64,000 bases of DNA from the human T2T-CHM13v2.0 reference genome, Homo sapiens. Shown one piece after another: positions 28,964 through 42,752 of the stretch. The stretch lies in assembly GCF_009914755.1 (NCBI RefSeq), contig NC_060932.1. The stretch is one strand, 5' to 3'. The notes under the pieces are model-generated. The model did not search any database. It worked only from the letters and a program-made list of their open reading frames with translations, and was not told the origin of the DNA. How positions within the stretch are numbered: the first letter of the stretch is position 1; every line of letters starts with the position of its first letter. The translations under genes were made by a program, and so were the position numbers.

Positions 28964-29255
28964 GGCCGGGTGTGGTGGCCCAAGCCTGTAATCCTAGCAT
29001 TTTCGGAGGCCAAGGTGGGAGGACCGCTTGAGGCCAGGCATTTGAGACCAGCCTGGGCAACATAGTGAGACCCTATCTCTACAAAAATAAATAAACTAGC
29101 TTGGTGTGGTGGCTTGCACCCATAGTCCCAGCTGCTTGGGAGGCTGAGGTGGGAGCATACTTTGAGCCCAGGAGTTCAAGGCTGCAGTGAGCCATGATCT
29201 TGCCACTGTACTCCAGCCTGGGTGACAGAGTGTGACCTTGTCTTAAAAAAAAAAT
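28964..29255 (+). mobile_element. AluJ
   Basis: J-type diagnostic positions; TSD aagtaaca. Confidence 0.9.
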
Positions 29256-29947
29256 AAGTAACATCTATGTGGAATCCCACCACAGTTGGCTACTCATTTT
29301 AACTCACATGCACAATTCCATCAGGCTTTCTTCTAGTGATATCATATACTTAAACTCTGTGCCAGGCACTATACTAAGTTCTTACATAAATGTACCACTC
29401 ATAGAGTCCCATCAATAAACAATTCTATTAGACAGGTGACATTAATATGGTCTTTTTTAAAACTGAGGCTTAAAAAGATTAACTTGCCCAAAGTCACAAA
29501 GTCAATTTAAAAACACCAGAATTCAAGCCTAAGCCTGTTGAACCTAACACTCCTCCAATTTTTAACCCTGTTTTCTCTTCTGGACTGAACTCATTCTGTA
29601 TTGACAGCATTCCAATAGTGACCTCATTAGTTTCTTTCTCGATCTCAAAGAAGCAAGGTTGTTTGCTTCCATTTTTATGTGGCTCCAAGAGTAAGAAAAG
29701 AATGGTGAACAGGGCATGCTACTCCACATAAAAAGATCACACCATTAATATTTCTTTACCTCCATATCCGATGAGAAGTCTGCATAGTACAATTTGCTCT
29801 GTTCACTTTAGATACACTTTCTTAGAATAAAGATGCATAAACAAAGTGCACAATTCTCTAAAATGTGTATGTTCCCGCACAGAGCACTCTAAAGGGCTAT
29901 CCAGGTAATATACGAAGAGCAATTGTACTAAAATGTTTAAAACATAC

Positions 29948-30050
29948 CTATGGACAAACTTAGTTGTTCCATCAATAGGGTCAATGATCCACGTAGGGTT
30001 GTCAGTTAAGACACCTTTTTCCCCAGCTGCCAGATTCCTCACCAGTGAAA
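29948..30050 (-). pseudogene. IMPA1P1: IMPA1P1 exon 4 (frameshifted)
   Basis: FTGEES[-2 nt][27 protein letters not shown]; the shifted frame hits TGA at 30002-30004, giving an ~81-aa truncated product. Confidence 0.94.
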
Positions 30051-30267
30051 CTAAAAGCAAGAAGGACACACTCCTATTAACAATTTCCAAACCATGACAT
30101 TTCCTTAGCTACACAGTCTTGTATAAAATATAAAAGTCTGCACCCTACTTTTCTATTGTTGCTTCTTTGTCCCTAGAAAGACTGATAACAGTGAGAGGGA
30201 AGATTTATTTTATTTCACTGAAAGTAAAGTCATGTGAAAAATTACAGAATTCAAAATTTTAAAATGT

Positions 30268-30731
<464 letters not shown>

Positions 30732-31652
30732 CTAATACCCCTTGCCTTGAGTGTAAGCTACACTTGGTAACTTGTTTCTAACTAAATCTTATGGAAATCC
30801 CATAAATGGTGCTAGACTTCACTGGTTTTCTTCTTTCCTGTTTTCTTTTCTATTTATTTTCTTTCATTTAAAACCGAACTGTCTTAATAACCACTATCAT
30901 CATCTTTATTTATCTCTTTTTCTCTTAGCTATAAATATTTTTATTCGGAAGAAATACACTTAGCCACGGCTTTAAACATTTTTTCTTCTCAATGGCTAAA
31001 AACACCAGGAATGGCCAATGACATGACTAGGAAGAAGTCCAGAATCACAGTGCTAACAGTTTAGAATGATAATGTTTCTGTTAAATTTCTGTGCCTGTAA
31101 AAGAGCTCTAATTTCAGGATTTTCTCTCAGACTTTCTAGAGCTACTGCCACTCTACCATATAAAGAAGTTTACGATACACAGAATGAAATTGAACTTTTA
31201 AATCATGCCAACGGCAGACGTTTGTCACGTTAGCTTCCCAGCACCCAACCATTCCTTTTACTATGAAGGAATCCAAATATTCCTCTTTCCTACTCCCTGT
31301 CAGCTTGAGCATATGCAAAGCACCTAAACTCAGAAACTGCATATCCCTGTCCAGAATTTGTAATCTTAAACTAATGAGGTAAAGATAAAAGGTTAGTTAG
31401 AAAGTATTCAAACCATCAGAGTCAGGAGTGAGGCTACCAGTGGCCTCCTCAGCCATAGCTCCTGTGTTCCCTCAGATACTCCTCCTCCCTCCCATGGTTC
31501 TGGCCCAAGGAGCCCACACCCACAACATAAATCCCTTTTCAGCTTAAGCTAACTAAAGTCAATTTCTGTGTCTAAAATCAAAATGCTTGCCTGGTATAAG
31601 TAACTCCAACTTAGATTTCATTTTATCATTTGAAATGGAAATAAAAAAATAC

Positions 31653-31786
31653 CTATGAGATGGATACTTTTCCTTTATGGAAGAGATAAGCATTTTTTCA
31701 ACTTTTTGGTCAGTAGCAGTTACCAAATCAACTGGAGAACCTTTCAGGATAACATTCACTTCATTTTTAAGAGCATCATGAACCAC
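31653..31786 (-). pseudogene. IMPA1P1: IMPA1P1 exon 3
   Basis: 134 nt; VVHDALKNEVNVILKGSPVDLVTATDQKVEKMLISSIKEKYPSH; AG/GT ends. Confidence 0.95.
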
Positions 31787-31888
31787 CTAAAAAGGGTTTT
31801 TGGTAGGCAAATAGAAAAACATAAGTAATTTTCAATCAAACAAAAAGATAAAACACAAAAATGGTTTACAACATTCAATCTGACTTTA

Positions 31889-32223
<335 letters not shown>

Positions 32224-32477
32224 TTATAAAAATGTTTATAACATAAGCCTTCAATAATTATGACCTTTTAGGTACAGAATTATATATTCTAACATCCTAT
32301 TTTAGCTTCACAACTGTGATCACAAGACGTTTAATGATATAAAATTGAAGTGCTCACTATAAAGTGTTTAGTAAAAGGAAAACAAATGCAGACTGAACAA
32401 AATACATATTTTATTTAATAAGGCAACCACACACTTCACACCCATCACATTATGGCTGACAAAATTTTAATTCATAC

Positions 32478-32564
32478 CTCTCCAGCTTGTCTTGCTAGGG
32501 TTACTGCATAATCCATGCATTCCTGCCAAGGATCAGCCATCTTCTGAAAATATTTAACACATGT
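32478..32564 (-). pseudogene. IMPA1P1: IMPA1P1 exon 2 (ATG at 32540)
   Basis: MADPWQECMDYAVTLARQAGE, identical to the recalled IMPA1 N-terminus; GT donor at 32477-32476; the expected acceptor position reads TG. Confidence 0.93.
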
Positions 32565-32837
32565 CAGCACAAAGTGGTTAGAATTCTCTAAAAGTCTTAA
32601 TTATAGAATAGTTTTTTCCACAAAAAAATCTTAATTAGCAACAGACTTTCATTTTGAATTTACCCCCTGCCCTATTCCAGAGTTCAATTTTTTTTTCCAA
32701 GATTTACTCCTAGACCAATTAAAGAACATTTTCTACCTGGATTACTTCACTACTAATACAGAAATATACAAAAAAAAAATTCTATTAAATTATCTCCAAA
32801 TGTGTCCATACCAAAACACATTAAAAAACAAAACACA

Positions 32838-33471
<634 letters not shown>

Positions 33472-34514
33472 TCAATAACTGGTTTAGGAAATAGAGAAAA
33501 AGGACCCAAGAAAACATTTTAATAGATAGGTAAACGTTTGGGTGAGGGATAAAGTGAAGATAAAAGAAAGAACACTGGGAATACTGAAATAAAAGAAGTT
33601 TTGAAAGGAAGGAGCAAAAGGCACATGTACTAACTAAATGCCAGGCAGGCAGGTGCTCTACACAGGAGATGGATTTTTTAATAAGATTATAAAGATCAAG
33701 AACTTAAGGCTTAGAGATGAGAACTTCTGTACCCAAGATGATAGAAAGAAATAACACAGTAAGAATTTGAACTGATTTTAAATTCCATTGTTCTTTCTAT
33801 TATGGCAATCTGAGAAAAGAAAATTCCAGGACCAAAAGAATAATAAAAAAAGAAAAAAAATGAGATGTATTACTCTGAGATTAGAGAGGAGAAAAAACAA
33901 CAACATTTATTTGTGTTCTGAAGTGTCCAGCTTTCCACTGACTTCTGAAGACTAGAATAACTCATCAGTGGCTTGATCACACTCTAAAGACTGTACCTAG
34001 CACAATGAAGCTTTTTAAGCTGTCAGATTCCAAAAATGTGGCCTCAGTATAAAGCAACCCTAGTTTTGTCTTCTTTACAATGGAGAATAGCTAACATAGA
34101 GTTGCATCTTGAAGATACTCAGAAATCCCTATGTTGGGGCTTACATTATAGGAAAAGAGACAGAAGAGGAAAGGAGGGCAAAGGACTAATACAGTGAGTT
34201 TCTGCCTGTTGCTTTTTCTTCCTGATAAAGGCATTAAAAAAATTTTTTTAAGGAGGCCAGTCTCTGAGTCATATAAGTAACTCCTTAGAGATCTTCAAGA
34301 ATTGTTACCAAGCTTTTTTTTCATTCTGACACTCATTCTGCTCCACTAGTCTTAACAGAACTAGACATTTTCAAGCTGCACCTGCTTTCCTGCCAGAAAT
34401 GGCTCAAGCCACTCACAGCACTAATGTCACTTCGACCAATTCTTCAGGGCCTATTTCAAAAGCTACCCTCTCTTCTAGGGATTCTTCACCCAGAAGTCAC
34501 TATGTGTTTCACCT

Positions 34515-35530
34515 TTAAATAGATGTTTGCTGAATACTTATTATACCCTATACACTGCACCATGGGGAGGAAAACCAGGTCCCATTCACACTTACTCTCT
34601 AGGAGGGGACTCAGATATTAATCAAAAATGCACAGACCACATGCAAAATCATAACTGTAATAATAAAGGCTAAGTAGGAGAAGTGCAGTGAGAAGCATCT
34701 AACAGGGGAGCTTTCACCTGGACTTTGGCATCAGATCAGGTTTCCCTGAAGACAAGATTAAGCCAAGATGAGAAGAACAAGTGAACAGGCATGAACTCAC
34801 TCAACTGCAGGATGCCTGGTACATGAAGACTAACTGAAGGGCCTAAGTGTGACAGCTCAGACGTCAAGGGAATTAGGAGGGATAAAGCTGGGGAGGAAGT
34901 GGGGTCCCTTACAGGGTAGGTCCCTTACAGGTCCTTGTAGGACCTTACTGGACCTTACAGGTAATGAGGTCCCTTACAGGACTTCAGGGATAAGACTTTG
35001 ATGGGAGACACTTGAGGAATCACTGCATTGTGGCTACTGAACAGACTGGCAGAAAGTGGGTGTGGGTAGACGGTTAGATGATTTACATTCAGGATGCAGT
35101 AGAGCGGAGGAGACCTGATGATTGGCTGAAACCTGGGGAGGGAAGTTTTCTGGTGGAGAAGCTAAGGGAGTCAAGAGATAATCTGTTTTGGGAAATAAAA
35201 TTGGGGAGACTCAGTAACAGATTGGCTATGGAGTATGAGGGAGAGGAAGAGTTCAAGGATGACCAGATTTTCCAGTCTGGCAACCGAATCCATAACGGTC
35301 ACATCTACTGAATGGGGAGTAACAAAAAAAAGAGTCAAGTTTGGGATGTGGGTAAGAGGTTGGAAAATTAAGAGTTCAATTAGCAGAGATATGAGGCCTC
35401 CCTGAAATCAAAAGAAGCTGTCAATTATTCAGCTGAATAGATAGATCCTGAGCTCAGAAGAGAGGTTTGGCCTGCAGATATAAACATGTAAGTTACTTGA
35501 GTAGATAGCAACTGAGGGCCTGAGTCTGGA
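34515..35530 (-). mobile_element. L2 fragment
   Basis: L2-type motifs (gatattaatcaaaaat, gagttcaaggatgaccagatttt, gagctcagaagagaggtttggcctgcagatataaa). Confidence 0.6.
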
Positions 35531-35561
35531 CTTCATCGGATAGGCATGATTGATAGATAAT

Positions 35562-35998
35562 TGTGTAGGAATATCATCCCACAAAATCTGTATGATCTAA
35601 TAGTAATAGACCAGGGAAACCCAGTGAGGTCTGTCTGTTCAGATTCTTCTTGGTTCCCCTTTGCAGCATTCCTTCCTCCTGGGTATGGAGCGGGGCCTCT
35701 TCCGAAATGGGAGTCTTATGAACTACAATCAGACAAAGATAGGCCAGAGAATTTATTTATAACCAGCTACAAGACACAAAGGTAGGGGAAGATCCTTACC
35801 TTGGGGAGAAAAAGCAGCAGATGAAAGGAGGACAGAAGGTCAAAGAGAGAAATTCCATTTTTCTGGGGGCTGCAGTGCCCCGACATTATAACAAAAGACT
35901 GTAACAAGGGCTTATGGGAGTTATGAGCCAGTAATGGTGGATGAAAACATATATATGTAATACATTTATTCTGATATACACATATGTATCATATCACA
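35562..35998 (-). mobile_element. MER21-family LTR fragment
   Basis: cccgacattataacaaaagactgtaacaagggc...gggagttatgagccag...atatcaca terminus. Confidence 0.65.
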
Positions 35999-36036
35999 AG
36001 TACATTTCTTAATGGAAAGGGGCCGTATTTACTCAC

Positions 36037-36272
36037 TTTCATTTTCCCAAATCCATAAACACCTGAACTGTTTCCTGCTGTTTCTGTCCTGGTCACACCC
36101 TTCCCAGCGTGGGAGCCAGGCCATCTTCCTCTCGGCTACCTGTCCCCAGCAGTGCGACTGGCGCTGCGCCATCTCTTACGGTGACTACCTGTAAGTGATC
36201 TCTCTGCCATCTGTCGGCCACCTGTCCCTAGCAGCGCGACTGGCGCTGCCAGTCATCCGGGCGCTGCCCCAT
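36037..36272 (-). pseudogene. IMPA1P1: Remnant of the IMPA1 alternative 5' coding exon (long N-terminal isoform)
   Basis: ATG GGG CAG CGC CCG (MGQRP) at 36272 and GQVAERKMAWL...VTRTETAGNSSGVYGFGKMK|gtgagt match my recollection of the extended IMPA1 isoform; disrupted by an internal duplication. Confidence 0.7.
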
Positions 36273-36840
36273 CACTTACGGTGACTAACTGAGCCTGGGA
36301 TGCGCCAAGTTTCTCTAAGCTTTTCGGAGTAGGGAAAATGAAAAGCGGCAATGATTCCACAGAAGCTGCCACAGGGGTTAAGTGCAGTGGCGTCCGCGAA
36401 CCGCTACTCCAACATCGGGAGTGTTCCTGGTCACCCCAGGGCAGCTCCAGATAACGTGGCAGGCAAGAGTCACCCAGATGCGGCCTTCGCCCCAGGGGCT
36501 GACCGCACACCGCAGACCGCCCTCGCCCCCACCCCAGCAGAGAGAAGCGCCGAACCCGGAGAGGGTGGCGAGGGGGGCGGGGAAAACAGGAGCCTCACCT
36601 CGAGTCGGCGAGCGGGGCGGGGAAAACAGGGGCCTCACCTCGAGTTGTCCTGCTAGCTGGGTGCCTGGTGCTATCCAGCCTCAGTGCTTTGGGAGGCAGA
36701 GGGGCTGCCCGGGACCAAAAGGTCGCCGCTTCTTAAGCCCATCAATGAGGGGGCGTGGTTGCTTTGCTGGGCCCCGCCCCGAGCTGCGCCCTGAGAGGCT
36801 CTGCTAGGCCCGGCCCGGGTCTTCACCGGCGCAGGAGCCT
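36100..36840. promoter_or_regulatory. CpG island / GC-box promoter and non-coding exon 1 of IMPA1P1
   Basis: High GC and CpG density; GC boxes ggggcggg (36574, 36614), ggggcgtgg (~36750), gccccgccc (36771); minus-strand donors GAG|GTGAGG at 36599 and 36639. Confidence 0.8.
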
Positions 36841-37372
36841 CAGATCTGGCCTCTTCTTTCCCAGTTCTGGTTCTTCTAACTTCTTTTCTCCTGCTTGCCC
36901 CTTCTTCTCTAAATCTTTTTAAAATTCAATTCCTCTTTATTTTTCTCTTTTCTTCTTTATTCTTCCATTCACTCGCCTTTTCCCATTTCTCTTTCTTTAC
37001 CCTTTCTCTCATTTTTCCGTAGTACCATTTTGACAAAACACAAATTGGAGATATGACTTCGGTTGAGCAGCTTTTATTTGCCAAAGCATTACCTGGTAAA
37101 CTTATATTAATTTTTTTTAATAGTCAGTAGCCAGAACTAACTGCCCTTTTTCTCAGTGATATATTTAGATACCACCTATCGAGGACTTACTATGCTTTCA
37201 GCAATTGTGTTTTTATATGCATTATTTTTGTTAAACGTTGCCTGAGGTACGTATAATTAGCTTCATCACACAGATGAAGAAACTGAGGCTCAGAGAAGGT
37301 AAATGATTTGTCCTCACACAGGTCACAGGTCACACAGCAAGAGCAGAGCAGTGAAACACACTGACTCCAAAG

Positions 37373-37987
37373 TGTTGGGGCTCAGAAAACGACACCCCAA
37401 AATGAAGTCCTCAGAAGCAGCCTCACAGAAAAAAAGTTATTTGAAGCCTCTTGCCTTCCTGTCTCTGGCCCCACATTCTCCCTCAAGGCTTGCCTTAGAA
37501 ACTGGAATTCTTCTTCCCCAAGGCAGGTCCTAGAAACCCAAAAATATTATTCTAATCTCCCCAATTTTTCGCGTAAAAACAGACCATAAAGAAATTATCC
37601 AACCCACTTTTTCTGACTGTAGGTCTCAAGACCCCCATTCCACAGAGGGTCTTGCCCAATGCACAGAAGGAAGGAATGCACCACAGAGAGGCCAAATAAA
37701 ATCTAAACAGACAGGCTTTGCTGGGTTTCCCCACTCAGTCTATTTGCATTACACTATACACTTTTGGTCCAATCCTATTTCTACACAGCTGGTTATACTT
37801 TGTTTGAACCTAAACATAAAAATGGACTGTTCCCCTGTATCTTGGGTCTTCATTCTGAAGGCTCCCATGTCACTTAAAACTATGATCAAATAAATTTGTA
37901 CCCTTCTCTCCTATTAATCTGTCTTTTGTCAGTTGATTTTCAGCAAGCATTCAGAGAACAAAGGGAAATTTTCCTTTTGGTCCTACA
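37373..37987 (+). mobile_element. MER39-like ERV1 solo LTR inserted in a MIR
   Basis: tgttggggctcagaaaacgacaccccaaaatg...aataaa...ggtcctaca; TSD aaag (37369-37372, 37988-37991). Confidence 0.75.
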
Positions 37988-39939
37988 AAAGTCCTCACGC
38001 AGAGAATGTACGGCACAAGGAGGTTGCATTATACGAGGTACAAGGACTAGTTTATGGTCCTTAAAATGTTTCCTCTTCTTGAAGGGGCAGCATCGTGGTA
38101 CATACATCATCATCATGCAAAAACTGTTGCACAGATATAAGATGTCCCAGCCACAGCAGGAACAGAAAAGTGAGCTATTTGGCTCCTTGCTTAGGAAGTG
38201 ATTGTTTCTCTTCATTTAATCTAAGGACAAGATGTTGTCACAATCATGTTGCCAATGAAACACTTCCCAGAGATTAATGATATGAACTGTGGACCCAATT
38301 CCCACACCCCACAAAGAGCAAGAAACTTGTCTTTAATTGTCTAAAGAATGATGCCTAGGTATCTGGTTTGGATATCTCTATTTGCCTATTAAATGATTTT
38401 TTGTTTTGTTTTAAAGACAAGCTTTCAGAAACTAGCTATTTCATTCTTCATTGTCAATCATCTTAAAAATCTTGCCAACTGCATGATGACAAGTGTTAAT
38501 TCATAACTAAATAAAAATTTCCAGGCTTTTGCAGAAATGTCATCCATCATCTTTTAACCTTTTTAAATGAATGTGGTCCCAGTGATTTGGCAAAGCTGCT
38601 AAAATCAGTATAATCAATTTGAAGCAAGAGAGATTCAATATCACCTATCTTATTCCTTCAAATGATAACATTTCAAATTACCTGTGTCAGGTGAGCAAGA
38701 AGCCTAGTATTTTTCTAGAGACCTTAGCATCTGCCTCACAATTGTTGTCAGGTAACCTAGATTTTTTCAGTCCAAAGAGGCCGTTCTGCTTCCAAATGCC
38801 TACTGAAAGTGAAATGCAAAATCTGTCGGTACACAGGGAAGTCTTAGTGTTCAGATTTGATTGTGGTAAAGCTGCAAACTGGTCTCACAAATCCAAAGGA
38901 TCTTTGGTCCAATATTGTGAAAGTAGTTCAGAAAGTTGCAGAGACCTCAGTACAGGATGCACTACCTCTGAGTTCCCAAAGGGGCAGTATCTAAAACTCT
39001 GGTCCCATCTGCAGCCACTGTTCCTAATCCTAAGAACGTCTGCCGTGCCCAGGTGTTGTCGGGGGCAGGGGACAGCAGCACAAACTCTGCTTCCTGGCAT
39101 GATGTCCAGCTCCTCACTCTTTCAACCTTCCCTAAGGGAAGCTCCCTCTTGGAGGCCTTTGGTATCCTTTCCTGTCAGCTGACTCCCATCTGTGAGAGAG
39201 GTTGTAATTACGCTGAACCTCAGAATGAAAGAGAGGTGAGATCCAATGCCCCTGACACCTCCCCAGACAGCTGAGCATACAGAAGAGAGTTCTAGGGAAG
39301 GGTGGCCCTGTGAAGCCACAAGAAGGTCTGTTATCCTTTCCCAAAGGCAAGGATGACAGTGCTTACTTGCCCTGTATTTGCATAATAAAGAGAGGCCGCC
39401 ACAGGAATGAGTGGGCAATTTCCCTCCCCAGAAATCATAGGCATCTTGTCAACTGCACTTAGTCTTTGGAGTTGACTTCTTTTAAATGACCTCTCTCTTC
39501 ATTAAAAAAAAAGTTTTAGCTTCTACATGCCATGATATTCTCAGTTAATAGTTAATGATTTAAGTGGACTCTGACCTAATATAATTATATATACACCATG
39601 GCAGCTGGTCAGGGGTGGAGTGTCCAGGATAGCTAATAAGATCTTACGTTTTGCTACCATAATAAAGTATCATATTCACCTTGTACTCCATAAAACATTC
39701 TCAAACCAACACAACTGAAAAGTTACCGCCTTCCTCTGAACTCCTGTGTAGCATTCTACTGTTGGAAGCACTCTTTGGATGCTTAACATTTATGGTGTTG
39801 GGTATATATACACATGTATTCTTCCTCACCCCATGTCAACTTTTTTATCAGCTCATAAGTGGCTTATGAATGGACATCATTTTAGTTACTCTTTGACTCT
39901 CCACAGTGCCTGAGTAGGAATTCGGCAATGCTTTAATTG

Positions 39940-41031
39940 TTAAGCTAGGCAATTTCTTTTTCTCTTATCTTCTAAGATAAGGGTACAGCTTTTCTTAGCC
40001 TTGTAAGACCAAAAGGAACAGTAACATTTCACATCCAGAACACATGGCTCCTGTAAAAGGAGCCACAGAGGCTAAGTTTGCCTTGGACTTGGAAAAGACA
40101 GCTGAATAATGGCCAGGACTAAGAAACTATTTAACAACCAACTTTCAATAGCAACAGTTTTATAAACAAGAAGACACAGCATACAAACTTTAGCAAAAAA
40201 GTGCCCAAATGAGAAATGTGAAGCAGGAACTAAGAGACCCAACAAAAGCACCTCTAGGTTATCTGTTTTTAGAAACATTAATCCCACTCTGAAAGTCAAA
40301 TAAATCCCTATGAACATTAAAATAAAACTCAGAGGTCTAATTATTCTCTCTAAGAAGTTTGCTCTTTCAGGTATTCTACGCTTGATGACTATTTCAACAG
40401 ATACTGATAAAGTATGAAAAGGAGTGTTGACACAATTTTAGAAATAGGAATATGAAATGTACCTGACAACCCTAATATCTTACTGTATGTGTAAAATTGA
40501 CAGGCATCGTGATCGGGGCAATAATGTTAATGTGCAAGTCATCAAAATGGCCAATGTGAAATTTCCGTCTAGAAGCAGAGAAAAGAGACAGCCCCCACCC
40601 TTCCTGGGCACGTGCAGGTCATTACAAATCCAAAAGCTTGTGCCTCAGGCAATGCCACAATCTGAGACAAAAGAAATCCACAAAATGGCATCAAAAAAAA
40701 ACTGTGTAACTGCCCCAAGAATTACTGGCAAAGGTCTCTTCAATGCTGTTTGAAACACCTGTAATTCAATATTGCAACTAAATGTGCATTTATTCAACAG
40801 TATTAGTAGTAAAATAAGCATTAGGATATTTCTGTCAATATGCATTGGTGCCTGGAGAAGACTGTCTTTTTGTCTGAGTACTTTGACTTTCACATTCTTG
40901 ATTTCTTTAATGAGTCTTTCTTGCCTACCTTCAGAATCCCAGAATTGAATAGTCACATTTGTTTCTCCTTCTTCATCAGTCACCAGATTTATGGTACAGT
41001 TTATAACATATGATGATATCTTCTTGGTCAA
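39940..41031 (-). pseudogene. SLC10A5P1: SLC10A5 (sodium/bile-acid cotransporter family) pseudogene, 5'-truncated
   Basis: [32 protein letters not shown]...[15 protein letters not shown] and [18 protein letters not shown]...KTVAIES..LNSFL; ends EDKRKRNCLA* at 39940; +1 frameshift in A9 run at 40693-40701 plus others; first ~75 codons missing. Confidence 0.93.
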
Positions 41032-41039
41032 ATAAAGGG

Positions 41040-42270
<1,231 letters not shown>

Positions 42271-42582
42271 CACATGTATTTATATTTAAGTAGCAATTTT
42301 GAATCAATTAATACTTGCAGATTTTCTTTCCAAAAAGATAGCTAATGCCTTTCTTTCCTTTTAATTCCTAGTCTTTACTTATGATTTGACCTGAGTAATA
42401 TAACAATAGTGATAAAATCCCAAATCAGAGGCACCAAAAAATCCCACTTCAATGTCACCTTTGCCAAACTGGCATTTAGGGGGGGCCTTAAAACTTGTTT
42501 TTTCTGATGCAAGATTCATATAAAATCTTTGTATATATTTCTCTAAATATAATTTTTAATACATAATATTTTCACACAATTA

Positions 42583-42752
<170 letters not shown>

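Noticed and set aside
36253-36807. GC-rich ORFs (85-141 aa) over the CpG island
   Set aside because: Stop-poor GC-rich DNA with non-ATG starts; no protein similarity recognised
38619-39182. 187-aa plus-strand ORF and overlapping ORFs between IMPA1P1 and SLC10A5P1
   Set aside because: TTG start, no recognisable family or motif, no clear splice context; most likely a chance ORF (a BLASTP/PhyloCSF check would settle it)
40645-41031. 128-aa ORF as a functional SLC10A5
   Set aside because: No N-terminus, TTG start, several frameshifts
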